Assembly: GCA_963706595.1 (NCBI GenBank)
Contig: OY970166.1
Location: 1,312,001 to 1,376,000, forward strand
DNA length: 64,000 nucleotides
Origin: an uncultured cyanobacterium
GTDB taxonomy: Bacteria; Cyanobacteriota; Cyanobacteriia; Cyanobacteriales; Nostocaceae
Reading direction: 5' to 3'
This document shows positions 31,181 through 41,245 of this stretch, piece by piece (the first letter of the stretch is position 1; each line of letters begins with the position of its first letter). The notes beneath the pieces are model-generated. The model was not told the origin of the DNA and did not search any database. It worked only from the letters and a program-made list of their open reading frames with translations. The position numbers were made by a program, and so were the translations under genes.

Positions 31181-31218
31181 TAATAAAACACAGGCCAGTT
31201 AATTATGACTGACCTGTG
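31181..31218 (-). terminator. Probable intrinsic terminator of rpsB-tsf
   Basis: CACAGGTCAGTC-loop-AACTGGCCTGTG followed by TTTTATTA on the minus strand. Confidence 0.6.
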
Positions 31219-31267
31219 ATTATACAAGTGATGAGTTACAAAGGCAACTCCCAACTTCTAACTTAAG

Positions 31268-32212
31268 TTACTTGCTACCCATTTGTGCAGCCACTTCTTC
31301 AGCAAAACTCATTTCTTGCTTCTCAATGCCTTCACCCAGGATATAGCGCACAAAGCGATTAACTTTGATTTCTTCGCCGACTTTGGCTTTAACTTGTTTT
31401 ACCAAGTCTTCCACAGAAATGCTCTGATCACGAATGAAAGGCTGATCCAACAAAGTCAATTCTTTCAGGCGTTTTTCAATCCGTCCCTGAACAATTTTTT
31501 CTTTGATGTTTTGCGGTTTGTTACCTAAATCATCCCGCCCCATTTCAATTTCTGTTTCTTTTTGAGCAAATTCGGCGGGGATTTCGTCTACGCTGACATA
31601 CTCGACATTGGGACAAGCTGCAACTTGCATCGCCGCATTCTTAGCCAGAGTTTGAAACTCTTCATTCTGAGCTGCTGACTCAGTTTGGGCGTTCAGTTCC
31701 ACCAAAACACCAACTCGACCACCAGTGTGAATGTAGCTGTCTACAACACCTTGTTGGCTTTCTGGGAGGGCAAAATTGATAAAGCGACGTACCTGAATAT
31801 TTTCACCTAGCTGGGCAATGGTTTGCTTGATGAATTGGTCTACAGTTACGCTGGTTTCTTCAATATAGGGTTGAGCCAACAAAGACTCAACACTATCAGC
31901 AGTTGCTGCTTGCTGGGCTAAGTTCTTAACTAGAACTTTAAAAGCTTCGTTACGGGCAACAAAATCGGTTTGACAGTTAACTTCTATTAGCACACCCACT
32001 CGACCACCGGGTTGAATGTAGGTGTCTACTAGACCTTCTGCCGCAACGCGATCGCTTTTTTTACCTGCCGAAGCGATACCCTTTTGTCGCAGCCACTCTA
32101 TACCTTTTTCGATGTCGCCGTCATTTTCTTTCAGCGCTTTTTTGCAGTCCATCATGCCAGCACCAGTTTTTTGGCGTAGCTCTTGGACGAGTTTTGCAGA
32201 TATTTCCGCCAT
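31268..32212 (-). CDS. tsf: Elongation factor Ts
   Basis: [29 protein letters not shown]. Confidence 0.98.
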   Translation of the reverse strand: MAEISAKLVQELRQKTGAGMMDCKKALKENDGDIEKGIEWLRQKGIASAGKKSDRVAAEGLVDTYIQPGGRVGVLIEVNCQTDFVARNEAFKVLVKNLAQQAATADSVESLLAQPYIEETSVTVDQFIKQTIAQLGENIQVRRFINFALPESQQGVVDSYIHTGGRVGVLVELNAQTESAAQNEEFQTLAKNAAMQVAACPNVEYVSVDEIPAEFAQKETEIEMGRDDLGNKPQNIKEKIVQGRIEKRLKELTLLDQPFIRDQSISVEDLVKQVKAKVGEEIKVNRFVRYILGEGIEKQEMSFAEEVAAQMGSK

Positions 32213-32784
32213 GTTGCCTCAATTCCTAACTTGACCTTGAGTTGTAATCGCTCACGGATGTTGAGTATTTCTATCTTACTCAGGGCTGTTGACACTCTGC
32301 GGTCTGAAGACGCGCAGATTCTCTAAGACTTGGCTTAAAAGGGATAGTCAAATATCCCCCTAGACGCTCAAAACAACTACCATTACGAAAGGTATTGCAA
32401 TTGCGCTTACTTGAGATTTTAATTAATGCTTTCCGAGTTCATCACTTGCCAGTTTGGTACGCTCCATGTTTTCCCATTACTTGTTTATCTAGGGCTACAA
32501 CTTGTGTCGGTACGAGATAAATCAGGGGTTACTCCTTACAAAACACTTCAAAACGTAGATGATTATTCCTACTCACAATTTAATTTTATCATTCTTGACC
32601 CTTCGACTACGGTCAGGGTTAAAACCACTCGTGGCGTGTTTCCTCCACTGCCTGAAAGTCAAGTGGCTTCCACACGTTCCGCAATTTTCTTGTGAAGAAA
32701 AAGCGATGAAGTATGAACTATGAACAATTGAGTATGAAGCGTGAGCTGTTTTTAGTCTCCATACTCAATTCTTCAACTACTTAA

Positions 32785-33591
32785 TTATGCTTGTGCTTCT
32801 TGAGCAGAAGGGGAGTCACCAGTAGACGCTTGGGCGTATTCGCCGTCGTCGTAGTCGTCGTCATACTCCGAACCGTCATAATCTTCGTAATCTTCTTCAC
32901 CTTCGAGCTTACCGCCACGACCTTCAAAAATCGCATCCGCCAATTTACCCACGATCAACTTAATTGATCTGATGGCATCATCATTGGCTGGAATGGGGAT
33001 ATCTACTACATCTGGATCACAGTTTGTATCTAGCATAGATACAATTGGCAGTCCTAGTTTTTGGCATTCTTGAACTGCGTTATATTCCCGCCGTTGGTCT
33101 ACAATTACCACCACATCGGGGACTTTCCGCATATTCTTAATACCACCCAGGTATTTTTGCAGCTTCGTCATCTCTCGACGCAACATCGAAGCTTCTTTTT
33201 TAGGCAGTAAATCCAGTGCGCCGTTTTCTTCGCGGCGTTCCAAATCTTTGAGACGGTCGGCTCTAGTTTTGATGGTCGCCCAGTTGGTGAGCATTCCACC
33301 CAACCAACGTTGGTTAATGTAGTGAGAGCCACAACGAGCCGCTTCTTGGGCAATAATTCCAGCAGCTTGGCGCTTAGTACCAACGAAGAGGAATTTTTTA
33401 CCTTGCTCAGACTGCGATCGCATATAGTTGTAGGCATTATCCATCAACTGGGCAGTCTGCACCAAGTCGATAATATGTACGCCATTGCGGGAAGTATAAA
33501 TGTACGGAGACATTTTTGGGTTCCAACGCCGGGTTTGATGCCCGAAATGTACCCCAGACTCCATCATCTGAGCCAATGAAACTACTGGCAT
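32785..33591 (-). CDS. rpsB: 30S ribosomal protein S2
   Basis: [36 protein letters not shown]. Confidence 0.99.
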   Translation of the reverse strand: MPVVSLAQMMESGVHFGHQTRRWNPKMSPYIYTSRNGVHIIDLVQTAQLMDNAYNYMRSQSEQGKKFLFVGTKRQAAGIIAQEAARCGSHYINQRWLGGMLTNWATIKTRADRLKDLERREENGALDLLPKKEASMLRREMTKLQKYLGGIKNMRKVPDVVVIVDQRREYNAVQECQKLGLPIVSMLDTNCDPDVVDIPIPANDDAIRSIKLIVGKLADAIFEGRGGKLEGEEDYEDYDGSEYDDDYDDGEYAQASTGDSPSAQEAQA

Positions 33592-33599
33592 ATTTTTTG

Positions 33600-33675
33600 A
33601 ACTCCTATTCGGGTTAAACCTCCATCCAGTTGTATTTCCAATAATGGAAACACCCGAATGACTGAATGTGCGAGA
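33600..33675 (-). promoter_or_regulatory. rpsB (S2) leader structure
   Basis: GCACA..ATTCGGGTG..GGATGGAGG..AACCCGAAT stem just upstream of the RBS. Confidence 0.6.
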
Positions 33676-33853
33676 TTAGACAACCCTTCTAGGGTATCAC
33701 AATAGGTTTAATATTTCAACTAAATATTTTTTTTCCAGCTATTTTTTTTTAATTTTGTTTAATTTTTTGAGCTAGCAATTAACACGGTGCTATTTTATCG
33801 TACTATTTTTTGATGTCCTAAAAAAATATATTTATAAATATATTTTACATGAA

Positions 33854-35326
33854 ATGGCACACTCACCAATCCCGCAAAATGAGCAAGATAGACTCAAAGC
33901 GCTACTTAAATATCAGGTTCTTGATACCGAGTCTGAACGGGCATTCGATGATTTAACTGCTCTAGCTGCCTATATTTGTGGTACTCCCATTGCTTTAGTC
34001 AGTCTTGTAGATCATAGTCGGCAATGGTTTAAATCAAAAGTTGGGATAGAAGTCACAGAAACACCCAGAGAACTGGCATTTTGCGCCCATACTATATGTC
34101 AGCCCACAGACTTACTGATTGTGCCAAACGCGTTACACGATCCGCGATTTGCTACTAACCCCTTAGTGACATCCGACCCTAATATTCGGTTTTATGCTGG
34201 CGCACCTCTAGTTACACCTGATGGTTTTGCCGTTGGCTCTTTATGCGTCATTGACCGTGTAGCACGAGAATTGAGTTTAGAACAAATACAAGCATTGGCA
34301 GCCTTGAGTCGTCAAGTAATTAGCCAATTAGAACTGAGAATTAATGTAGCTAAATTAAAACAACATATTAGCCATCGTCAACAAGTAGAAAACACTCTCC
34401 GCAGCACTAATCTCAATTTAAATCAAGTTGTGAGTAAGTTACGACAAACCCAAGTCCAACTCATTCTCAATGAAAAAATGTCTAGCTTGGGTCAATTGGT
34501 AGCAGGCATAGCTCACGAAATCAATAATCCCATTAACTTTATTCATGCTAATCTCGGTCATTTAAAGACTGGTTTTCAAGACATTGTTCACTTACTATCT
34601 CTTTACCAACAGCACTATCCCCAGCCGCAGCCAGAAATTCAAACTCAAGCAGATGCCATAGATGTAAACTTTTTGATTCAAGATATACCAAGCATTTTCG
34701 CCTCTATGGAAACAGGTAGTAAGCGGATCGAAGATATTATTTTATCTTTACGTAATTTTGCTCGCTTAGATGAATCCGAAAGAAAACTTGTTGATCTCCA
34801 CGAAGGAATTGATAATACACTGTTAATTTTGCGGCATAGACTGAATGGTACAACAGCATATCCAGAAATTGAAATTATCAAAGAATATGGTAATCTTCCA
34901 CAGATTGAATGCTATGCAGCACAACTCAATCAAACATTTATGAATATTTTATCTAATGCTATCGATGCTATAGAATATTTATGGGTAACAAAAACAAAGA
35001 AGAGCAAATCTAACCAAGAGAACATTAATACTCTCAATTTAGAAACAACAACCCCAAAAATTACAATTCGTACCGAAATTTCTGCTGCAAATTATGCAGT
35101 TGTGCGAATTTCGGATAATGGAGCCGGTATTCCAGAAGCAATTCAAAAACGGATGTTTGACCTATTTTTTACTACCAAAAATGTAGGGAAAGGTACAGGA
35201 TTAGGATTATCAATAAGCTATCAAATTGTGGTTAAAAAGCATGGAGGTAATCTCAAATATAAAACCCAATTAGGCAAGGGGACTGAGTTTTTTATTGAGA
35301 TTCCTATAAAAAAATTAAGACATTGA
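33854..35326 (+). CDS. GAF-domain sensor histidine kinase
   Basis: NE..RL.AL..Y.VLDT, RQWFKS, IRFYAGAPL, AHEINNP, GTGLGL. Confidence 0.95.
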   Translation: MAHSPIPQNEQDRLKALLKYQVLDTESERAFDDLTALAAYICGTPIALVSLVDHSRQWFKSKVGIEVTETPRELAFCAHTICQPTDLLIVPNALHDPRFATNPLVTSDPNIRFYAGAPLVTPDGFAVGSLCVIDRVARELSLEQIQALAALSRQVISQLELRINVAKLKQHISHRQQVENTLRSTNLNLNQVVSKLRQTQVQLILNEKMSSLGQLVAGIAHEINNPINFIHANLGHLKTGFQDIVHLLSLYQQHYPQPQPEIQTQADAIDVNFLIQDIPSIFASMETGSKRIEDIILSLRNFARLDESERKLVDLHEGIDNTLLILRHRLNGTTAYPEIEIIKEYGNLPQIECYAAQLNQTFMNILSNAIDAIEYLWVTKTKKSKSNQENINTLNLETTTPKITIRTEISAANYAVVRISDNGAGIPEAIQKRMFDLFFTTKNVGKGTGLGLSISYQIVVKKHGGNLKYKTQLGKGTEFFIEIPIKKLRH

Positions 35327-35400
35327 TGGGCTAATCGGTTTTAAATTGGCTCGAAGCCCATGGCTGAAGCAACTAATCATTAGTAATAATCAATTTAAAT

Positions 35401-35518
35401 AGGACTTACGCAGATTCTGCGTTTTCTTGGCGTTCTTGGCGGCTAAAGCCCTGGGGGCATACGCTACGCGAAGGCGGTTAGATAAATCAGAATTTTTGGC
35501 AATTTTTGCGTAAGTCCT
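35401..35518. mobile_element. MITE (AGGACTTACGCA ends)
   Basis: AGGACTTACGCA / TGCGTAAGTCCT inverted termini. Confidence 0.8.
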
Positions 35519-35548
35519 GTTAAATTTTCAGCCATTCAATATTAAATC

Positions 35549-36520
35549 TCAATGTTCTTGGTATTGAGATTCCGCATAAGCAGCATAAACGCCTTTGACG
35601 TTATACCAATTGAGAAAAATTCGGGCAATTTCTAAAGCTAACTGGGGTTTACCTAAATTAATTAGCCATTGCAAGAAAGGAGCCATTGTGCGCTCATTCA
35701 ATGTGCCATTAAATGAGAGAATGCCCCAAAGTAAACGATGAAACCAAGTCATTTGGATCATCATTCGCACTTCCCAAGATGGATGCTTTTGATAAAATAA
35801 AACTCCCATACGTCCGCGTTGAATTTCTTGGTCAATTAAACGGGGAATTTGCGCTAAGTTAAATGGTGGATGCCAATGATAGCCAACTGCTGCTGGACAT
35901 TTAATCAGTTGTAGTCCCAGTTTTTTCAGTCTGACACCTAATTCTAAATCTTCCCAACCATAGAGTTGGAAGCTGTTATCAAAAAGTCCTGCTTTCTCTA
36001 GCCAATGTTTGGGAATGGCTACGTTACCTGTGGCAAAAAAAGCTGCGGAAAAATCTGTGATTTTATAAGGTTCGGCTGTGGGGTGATCGAAATTGCAGGT
36101 ATTAATTACTGCACCGTAAGTGAAGAAGCGATCGCTCCCTAGTTTTTCCCGTCCTTGCATCAGCGCGTCTGCATGAGCTTGTAGGAAATTGGGCAGCACC
36201 ACCAAATCACTATCAATAAAGATAATTATGTCTCCCAATGCTTTCTCTACCCCCAAATTACGAGCAGCAGCAGGCCCGGCGTGGTCTTGTTCAAACCATC
36301 GCACATGGGGAAATTCTTCTTTGTGTGCTGCCAACCATTCTAAGGTGCGATCGCTAGAACCATCATCGACTAGGACGATTTCGTAATCATTCACTGCACT
36401 AGATGCACTTAACTCCTGTACCTCCAAAGCGCGGAGGCATTTTTCTAAAATCGGCTGGCGATTATAAGTCGGTATCACAACGCTGAAAAACACAGTCTCA
36501 CCCAAAACAGTATTACCCAT
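35549..36520 (-). CDS. Glycosyltransferase family 2
   Basis: SVVIPTYNR, VDDGSSD, FIDSD, YGWEDLELG. Confidence 0.93.
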   Translation of the reverse strand: MGNTVLGETVFFSVVIPTYNRQPILEKCLRALEVQELSASSAVNDYEIVLVDDGSSDRTLEWLAAHKEEFPHVRWFEQDHAGPAAARNLGVEKALGDIIIFIDSDLVVLPNFLQAHADALMQGREKLGSDRFFTYGAVINTCNFDHPTAEPYKITDFSAAFFATGNVAIPKHWLEKAGLFDNSFQLYGWEDLELGVRLKKLGLQLIKCPAAVGYHWHPPFNLAQIPRLIDQEIQRGRMGVLFYQKHPSWEVRMMIQMTWFHRLLWGILSFNGTLNERTMAPFLQWLINLGKPQLALEIARIFLNWYNVKGVYAAYAESQYQEH

Positions 36521-37073
36521 CTCCAGGATAGGACAGCAGGTGACTAAACACTGTTCCTTAGTGCCTCAAATGCTCAAGAATAATTTTAGCGACCATATTC
36601 TCTCATCTGTAAATTAAACTAGTTTTTCGGTAAATCTGTATAACTTAATACTATAGAAGTATTTTTGTGGTTTTTCTAATGCCAAGAATAACAAGGAGTA
36701 AAAAATAGAATAATTGGATATCATATATTTAATATTAAATCAAGCATAATTTCAACATTTCATACTACAAGTTAATGAAAAATTATTTATACTTAGAATA
36801 TCGTTGTGCAAAAGGATTTACCTGTCATAACAACACCTAAATCAATATTCATCTATAAAAATACTTATATTAAATAATCGAAATTTTTTAATAAAAATAA
36901 TTTGCAATAGCTTAGGGCTAATAGCAAGGTCGAATACGCACATCAATAACTCATGATGGTTGCTGTATAAAGATTTAAGTTATATTGCCGTTTAAAGTTT
37001 TCTCCCAAATGGCAGCAATTTATTACTTGTATAAAATATGATTTTTAGCAAAAAAATTGTCTAATAAATTTAA

Positions 37074-37103
37074 ATTAAACAATAGATAACCTGTTATTAA
37101 TCA
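37074..37103 (+). promoter_or_regulatory. Putative Pho box (SphR/PhoB site)
   Basis: ATTAAACA-ata-GATAACCT-gtt-ATTAATCA: three PyTTAAPyPy(T/A)-like units at 11-bp period upstream of phoX. Confidence 0.55.
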
Positions 37104-37337
37104 TTGTTACTTAAATTGAAACAAGAATAATAATGCTAATTATTCAGTAAGCAAAGCAGCCAGTATTTATAGGTAATTAACTAAGAGTAGTTGGCTGTAA
37201 ACCTTTTATGAAAATTCCACGAATACTCTAATTATTTCCATGATTTGTGTGAATTTGTCGGGTTTTTTAATTGCTGCTGATATCTAAAAATCAAACCGAA
37301 TAGCAAAGTTGTAAACCTTAAATAGCAATACCTAACC

Positions 37338-39503
37338 ATGAAAGGTCAATTTCATCCTAAGAACGATATAACCATCAACCCATCCGGTAACGAGTCAATT
37401 CGTGACGTGATGGGACGCTTAAGTATGAAGCGTCGCCGCTTTGTCATGACAGCTGTAGGAGCTTCAGCTGTAACCGTCTTAGGTGATATGACACTCGGTG
37501 GTTTTCTCCAAACTGTTTCAGCAGCACCAGTTCCAGCCGGACTTGGATTTGGTGGTATTGGCTTCGAGAGCATTGAGCCAAATCTCCGCAACCCAGCAAC
37601 CGGACTATTAGAGAAGGATCTGGTAACAGTTCCTAAAGGTTACACAGCCAGAATATTATCTGCTTGGGGTGACCCCATCATGCCTGGTGCGCCAAACTGG
37701 CTACCCAATGCCTCCCAAGATGCTGCGGCACAAGAAAAGCAAGTCGGAATGAATCATGATGGTATGCACTTCTTCCCTCTCCCAGGACGAAGCTATCTCA
37801 ACCGGACAGCAGGATTATCAGTACCTGTAGAAGGTCGTGCATACAATAATCGTGGGATCATGTGCGTTAACCATGAGTATACCCAAGAACACTTCCTGCA
37901 TCCCGACGGTATTGCCGTGATGACAATTGAGAAAGCCCGGAAATCTCAAGCTGCTCACGGTGTGTCTATTCAAGAGATATCCAAAGACAGATTCGGTAAT
38001 AGCTGGAGTGTTGATCGCAATTCCCGTTATGGTCGCCGCATCACTGCTAATACAGAAATGCGAGTTTCTGGTCCTGCTGCGGGTGATGCGCTGATGAAAT
38101 CCAAGAAATTTTCAATTCAACCTACTGGCTCGGTTGAAATTGGCACTAACGACGGCTACACCGCTTACGGTACAGTCAACAACTGCGCCCACGGCATAAC
38201 ACCCTGGGGTACTTACCTCACCTGTGAAGAGAACTTTCAAAACTACTTTGCCAACCCTAATAACGATGTAGTTGCGACTCCAGGTCTGGAGGACAAAACA
38301 GCTGATATCCGCAATGGACAAAAGCGATATGGTATCTCCAGTGATGCTGAAGATTATCGCTGGCCTGAAGTTGATCCACGCTGGGATGCTTATACCAATC
38401 CCCTGGAAACCCATTTGTTCGGCTGGGTAGTGGAGATTGATCCTTACGATCCCCAAAGCAAACCAGTCAAACGCACCTCTATGGGTCGATTCAGACACGA
38501 AAGCGCTCAATATGTTGTTGATGACAACAACGTTTTAGCTTTCTATATGGGTGACGACAACAGAAACGAGTATATCTATAAGTTCGTTTGCTCTCGACAA
38601 TACAATCCACGAGTTCGTAGTGCTAATAGCGACATTCTTGACCACGGTACTCTATTCGTTGCCAAATTTAACGATGATGGTACAGGCCAATGGTTGCCTC
38701 TAGTCTACGGTCAGGGCGGACTAACACCAGCTAACGGATTTAATAGCCAAGCTGAGGTTCTGATTAAAACCAGACAGGCTGCGGACAGAGTTGGCGCGAC
38801 CATGATGGACCGCCCAGAGTGGGTTGGTGTACGTCCCCGGATTGGCGGATACAATGAAGTTGAAATCTACTGTACTTTGACCAACAACAGTCGTCGTGGT
38901 ACAGAACCAGCCTCTGTCAACAATCCAGACGGTACAACTTCTGGCGGTAGTGCGCGTCCTCCAGTTGATGCTGCTAACCCACGTCCTGACAACGATTATG
39001 GTCACATTATCCGTTGGCGTGAAGCTGGACGCAGCGTTACAGCTACGACCTTCGATTGGGATATTTATGTTTTGAATGGCGACAAACAAAACCCCGACCC
39101 AATTCGTCAAGGTAACATTAATGGTGACGACTTCGGCTCACCAGATGGTCTGTGGTTCGATTACTACGGTCGTCTCTGGATTCAAACTGACCAATCGGGT
39201 GATGGTACAGGTGACTATGCCAACATCGGCAGTAACTCAATGGTTTGTGCCAATCCTAATGATCCTAAAGAAATTAAGCTGTTCTTGACCAGTCCCACAG
39301 ACTGTGAAGTAACTGGTGTAACTACTACACCCGATCACAGAACCATGTTTATCTGCATTCAGCACCCAGGCGATAATGGAACTATTGCTAACCCTACCAG
39401 CAGGAGCAATTGGCCACATAGTCAAGGTTATGGCCCACAAGGTCGCCCTCGTTCTGCAACGGTGGTAATCACCCGTGATGACGGTGGTATTATTGGTGCT
39501 TAA
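37338..39503 (+). CDS. phoX: PhoX-family alkaline phosphatase (DUF839), Tat-exported
   Basis: KRRRFVM twin-arginine signal; NHDGM, NCAHGITPWGTYLTCEEN, GRFRHE, MDRPEW, CEVTG, QHPG. Confidence 0.93.
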   Translation: MKGQFHPKNDITINPSGNESIRDVMGRLSMKRRRFVMTAVGASAVTVLGDMTLGGFLQTVSAAPVPAGLGFGGIGFESIEPNLRNPATGLLEKDLVTVPKGYTARILSAWGDPIMPGAPNWLPNASQDAAAQEKQVGMNHDGMHFFPLPGRSYLNRTAGLSVPVEGRAYNNRGIMCVNHEYTQEHFLHPDGIAVMTIEKARKSQAAHGVSIQEISKDRFGNSWSVDRNSRYGRRITANTEMRVSGPAAGDALMKSKKFSIQPTGSVEIGTNDGYTAYGTVNNCAHGITPWGTYLTCEENFQNYFANPNNDVVATPGLEDKTADIRNGQKRYGISSDAEDYRWPEVDPRWDAYTNPLETHLFGWVVEIDPYDPQSKPVKRTSMGRFRHESAQYVVDDNNVLAFYMGDDNRNEYIYKFVCSRQYNPRVRSANSDILDHGTLFVAKFNDDGTGQWLPLVYGQGGLTPANGFNSQAEVLIKTRQAADRVGATMMDRPEWVGVRPRIGGYNEVEIYCTLTNNSRRGTEPASVNNPDGTTSGGSARPPVDAANPRPDNDYGHIIRWREAGRSVTATTFDWDIYVLNGDKQNPDPIRQGNINGDDFGSPDGLWFDYYGRLWIQTDQSGDGTGDYANIGSNSMVCANPNDPKEIKLFLTSPTDCEVTGVTTTPDHRTMFICIQHPGDNGTIANPTSRSNWPHSQGYGPQGRPRSATVVITRDDGGIIGA

Positions 39504-39581
39504 ATCTTTGATGCAGTACTAGTTACAAACAATAGTTTTTAGCTATTAATTGAGTTGAAATTAAAGGACTGCGATCGCGCC

Positions 39582-39725
39582 TACTGGTGTGACAAGCCTA
39601 AAATGTTGCAAAAAATTGTAGGTTGGGTTGACGTAAGGAAACCCAACATCCTGGGCAGCGTTGGGTTGCGCTGCGCTTAACCCAACCTACGTCTAATGCA
39701 CTACTTTAAGCTTGTCAGTCCACTA
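39582..39725. mobile_element. REPIN/MITE-like element with paired GTAGGTTGGGTT REPs
   Basis: Outer TIRs TGACAAGC / GCTTGTCA; inner GTAGGTTGGGTT..AACCCAACCTAC. Confidence 0.75.
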
Positions 39726-40371
39726 CATACATTCATTACTTTCGTCAATTTTAAATATTAGGGTGTATTAATAAAAATGCACCCTATTTTATAATATCCG
39801 TGACTTGCTTTGCCAAAAATTGCAACATATAAAAACTAAAACTTTCTTTTTTATTAATGTTTACTTAATCTAAGTCATTAATAAAAAAATATTGCCGACA
39901 AAAAATGCTTTAATCACACATTTTTTGCTGTCTCTTATTAAATCAAATTAAATTAAAATAAATGCTTTTAAATGAATAGCACTTATAAGATCTAAATTGG
40001 TGTGAATACTAAGATATGCAGCTTATTTATTCTTTAAGCTTAGATTAACGTTAGTTAAACAATTACTTACTTATGCAATTATTTAATTTGAAGTTTTAAA
40101 TACTTGACTAAGCAATTAGATTTAAGTAATATAACCTTGTTAAAAGATTTACGCACCATATTTTTTCACCCAAGCTTAACCTAATGTGTGCGAAAATATA
40201 ACGTTTTTTCACTTCAGATACTGACGAGTAAGCACACCTTAAATTCAACAGGTTGTGTTGATAAAATCACTTGCACTAACAGTAACTGAAATAGTGAAAT
40301 TTCCCACAGCACATTTTTAAGATGCGTAGATTGCAAGCACATTGAAGTTTCAATAACAGGAATAGAAGTCG

Positions 40372-40794
40372 ATGAAATTCAACAAAAAAGTAGCGATCGC
40401 GTTAGTTGCTGTTTCCGCTAGTATATTTGGCTTCGGTTCTGTAGCCTCTGCTGGTGAAGGCGGCGCGGCTGGAGCTGTAGCAGCTACACTTGATGCTGAT
40501 GGTTTAGTAACTGAAATGGCTGCTGCTGGAGCCGTAGGTAAAAATGATGCAGCTGCTACAGCCACAGGTAACTTTGGTGTTGTCTCAGCTTCCGCTTTGG
40601 GTAGCGCTGGGGTAATCGAATTACTCAGCGATAGCGGATATTTTTCCTTTGAAGATGCAGAGAGTGCTGAGACCGAAACTTACAACAATATCACTCTCAA
40701 AGGTAGTGCAGACGCTGATTTAGAAACTAGCCAAGCCAACTCTATTACTACCTTCACCGAAACCCCCATCGGATCTATTGAAACTGGGTTTTAG
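40372..40794 (+). CDS. Small secreted Ala/Gly-rich protein, candidate fibre/pilin subunit
   Basis: Sec signal ending ASA-GEGGAAGAV; AAAGAVGK.DAAA motif; acidic, beta-propensity body. Confidence 0.8.
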   Translation: MKFNKKVAIALVAVSASIFGFGSVASAGEGGAAGAVAATLDADGLVTEMAAAGAVGKNDAAATATGNFGVVSASALGSAGVIELLSDSGYFSFEDAESAETETYNNITLKGSADADLETSQANSITTFTETPIGSIETGF

Positions 40795-41245
40795 TTTGTA
40801 AAATTCCTCATCATTTACTTGATTGAGAGTATTACAACTCTGGTGAAAATAAAATATGCGTTATCACCGAACCGTTGTAGAGATTTTCCATGGAATGTCT
40901 CTACAATCTTTGTCGGAGATGTCTATTGTTTGTTAACCACTCAATGTCAGTAGTGTTGAGCTAAGTTCTCTAGAATTTATCCACTTCTCTAAACAGTTCA
41001 AAAAATGATTAGGGTTTTAAGAATTAAGAAGAAGCAATGTCAGGAGTCAGACTGATATTGTCCTCAAATTCTCTCAACCCTAAACTCTTTGTGTTTATCT
41101 GTTAGAGGCACGATTGCCGCGTGTCTCTAGCTTATTCTATCAACGAATAAATCACAGCTAAATTAGCATAATTTTCGCAGAGATTTTTGCCAATTAAACA
41201 GAATAGTCAAATTTCCGAAAAAAGCAAAAAAATTGATGTTGCCAG

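Noticed and set aside
32426..32695. 89-aa ORF antisense in the rpsB-tsf spacer
   Set aside because: No RBS or recognisable motif; likely spurious
37352..39440. Several antisense ORFs within phoX
   Set aside because: Shadow ORFs from codon bias of the real gene
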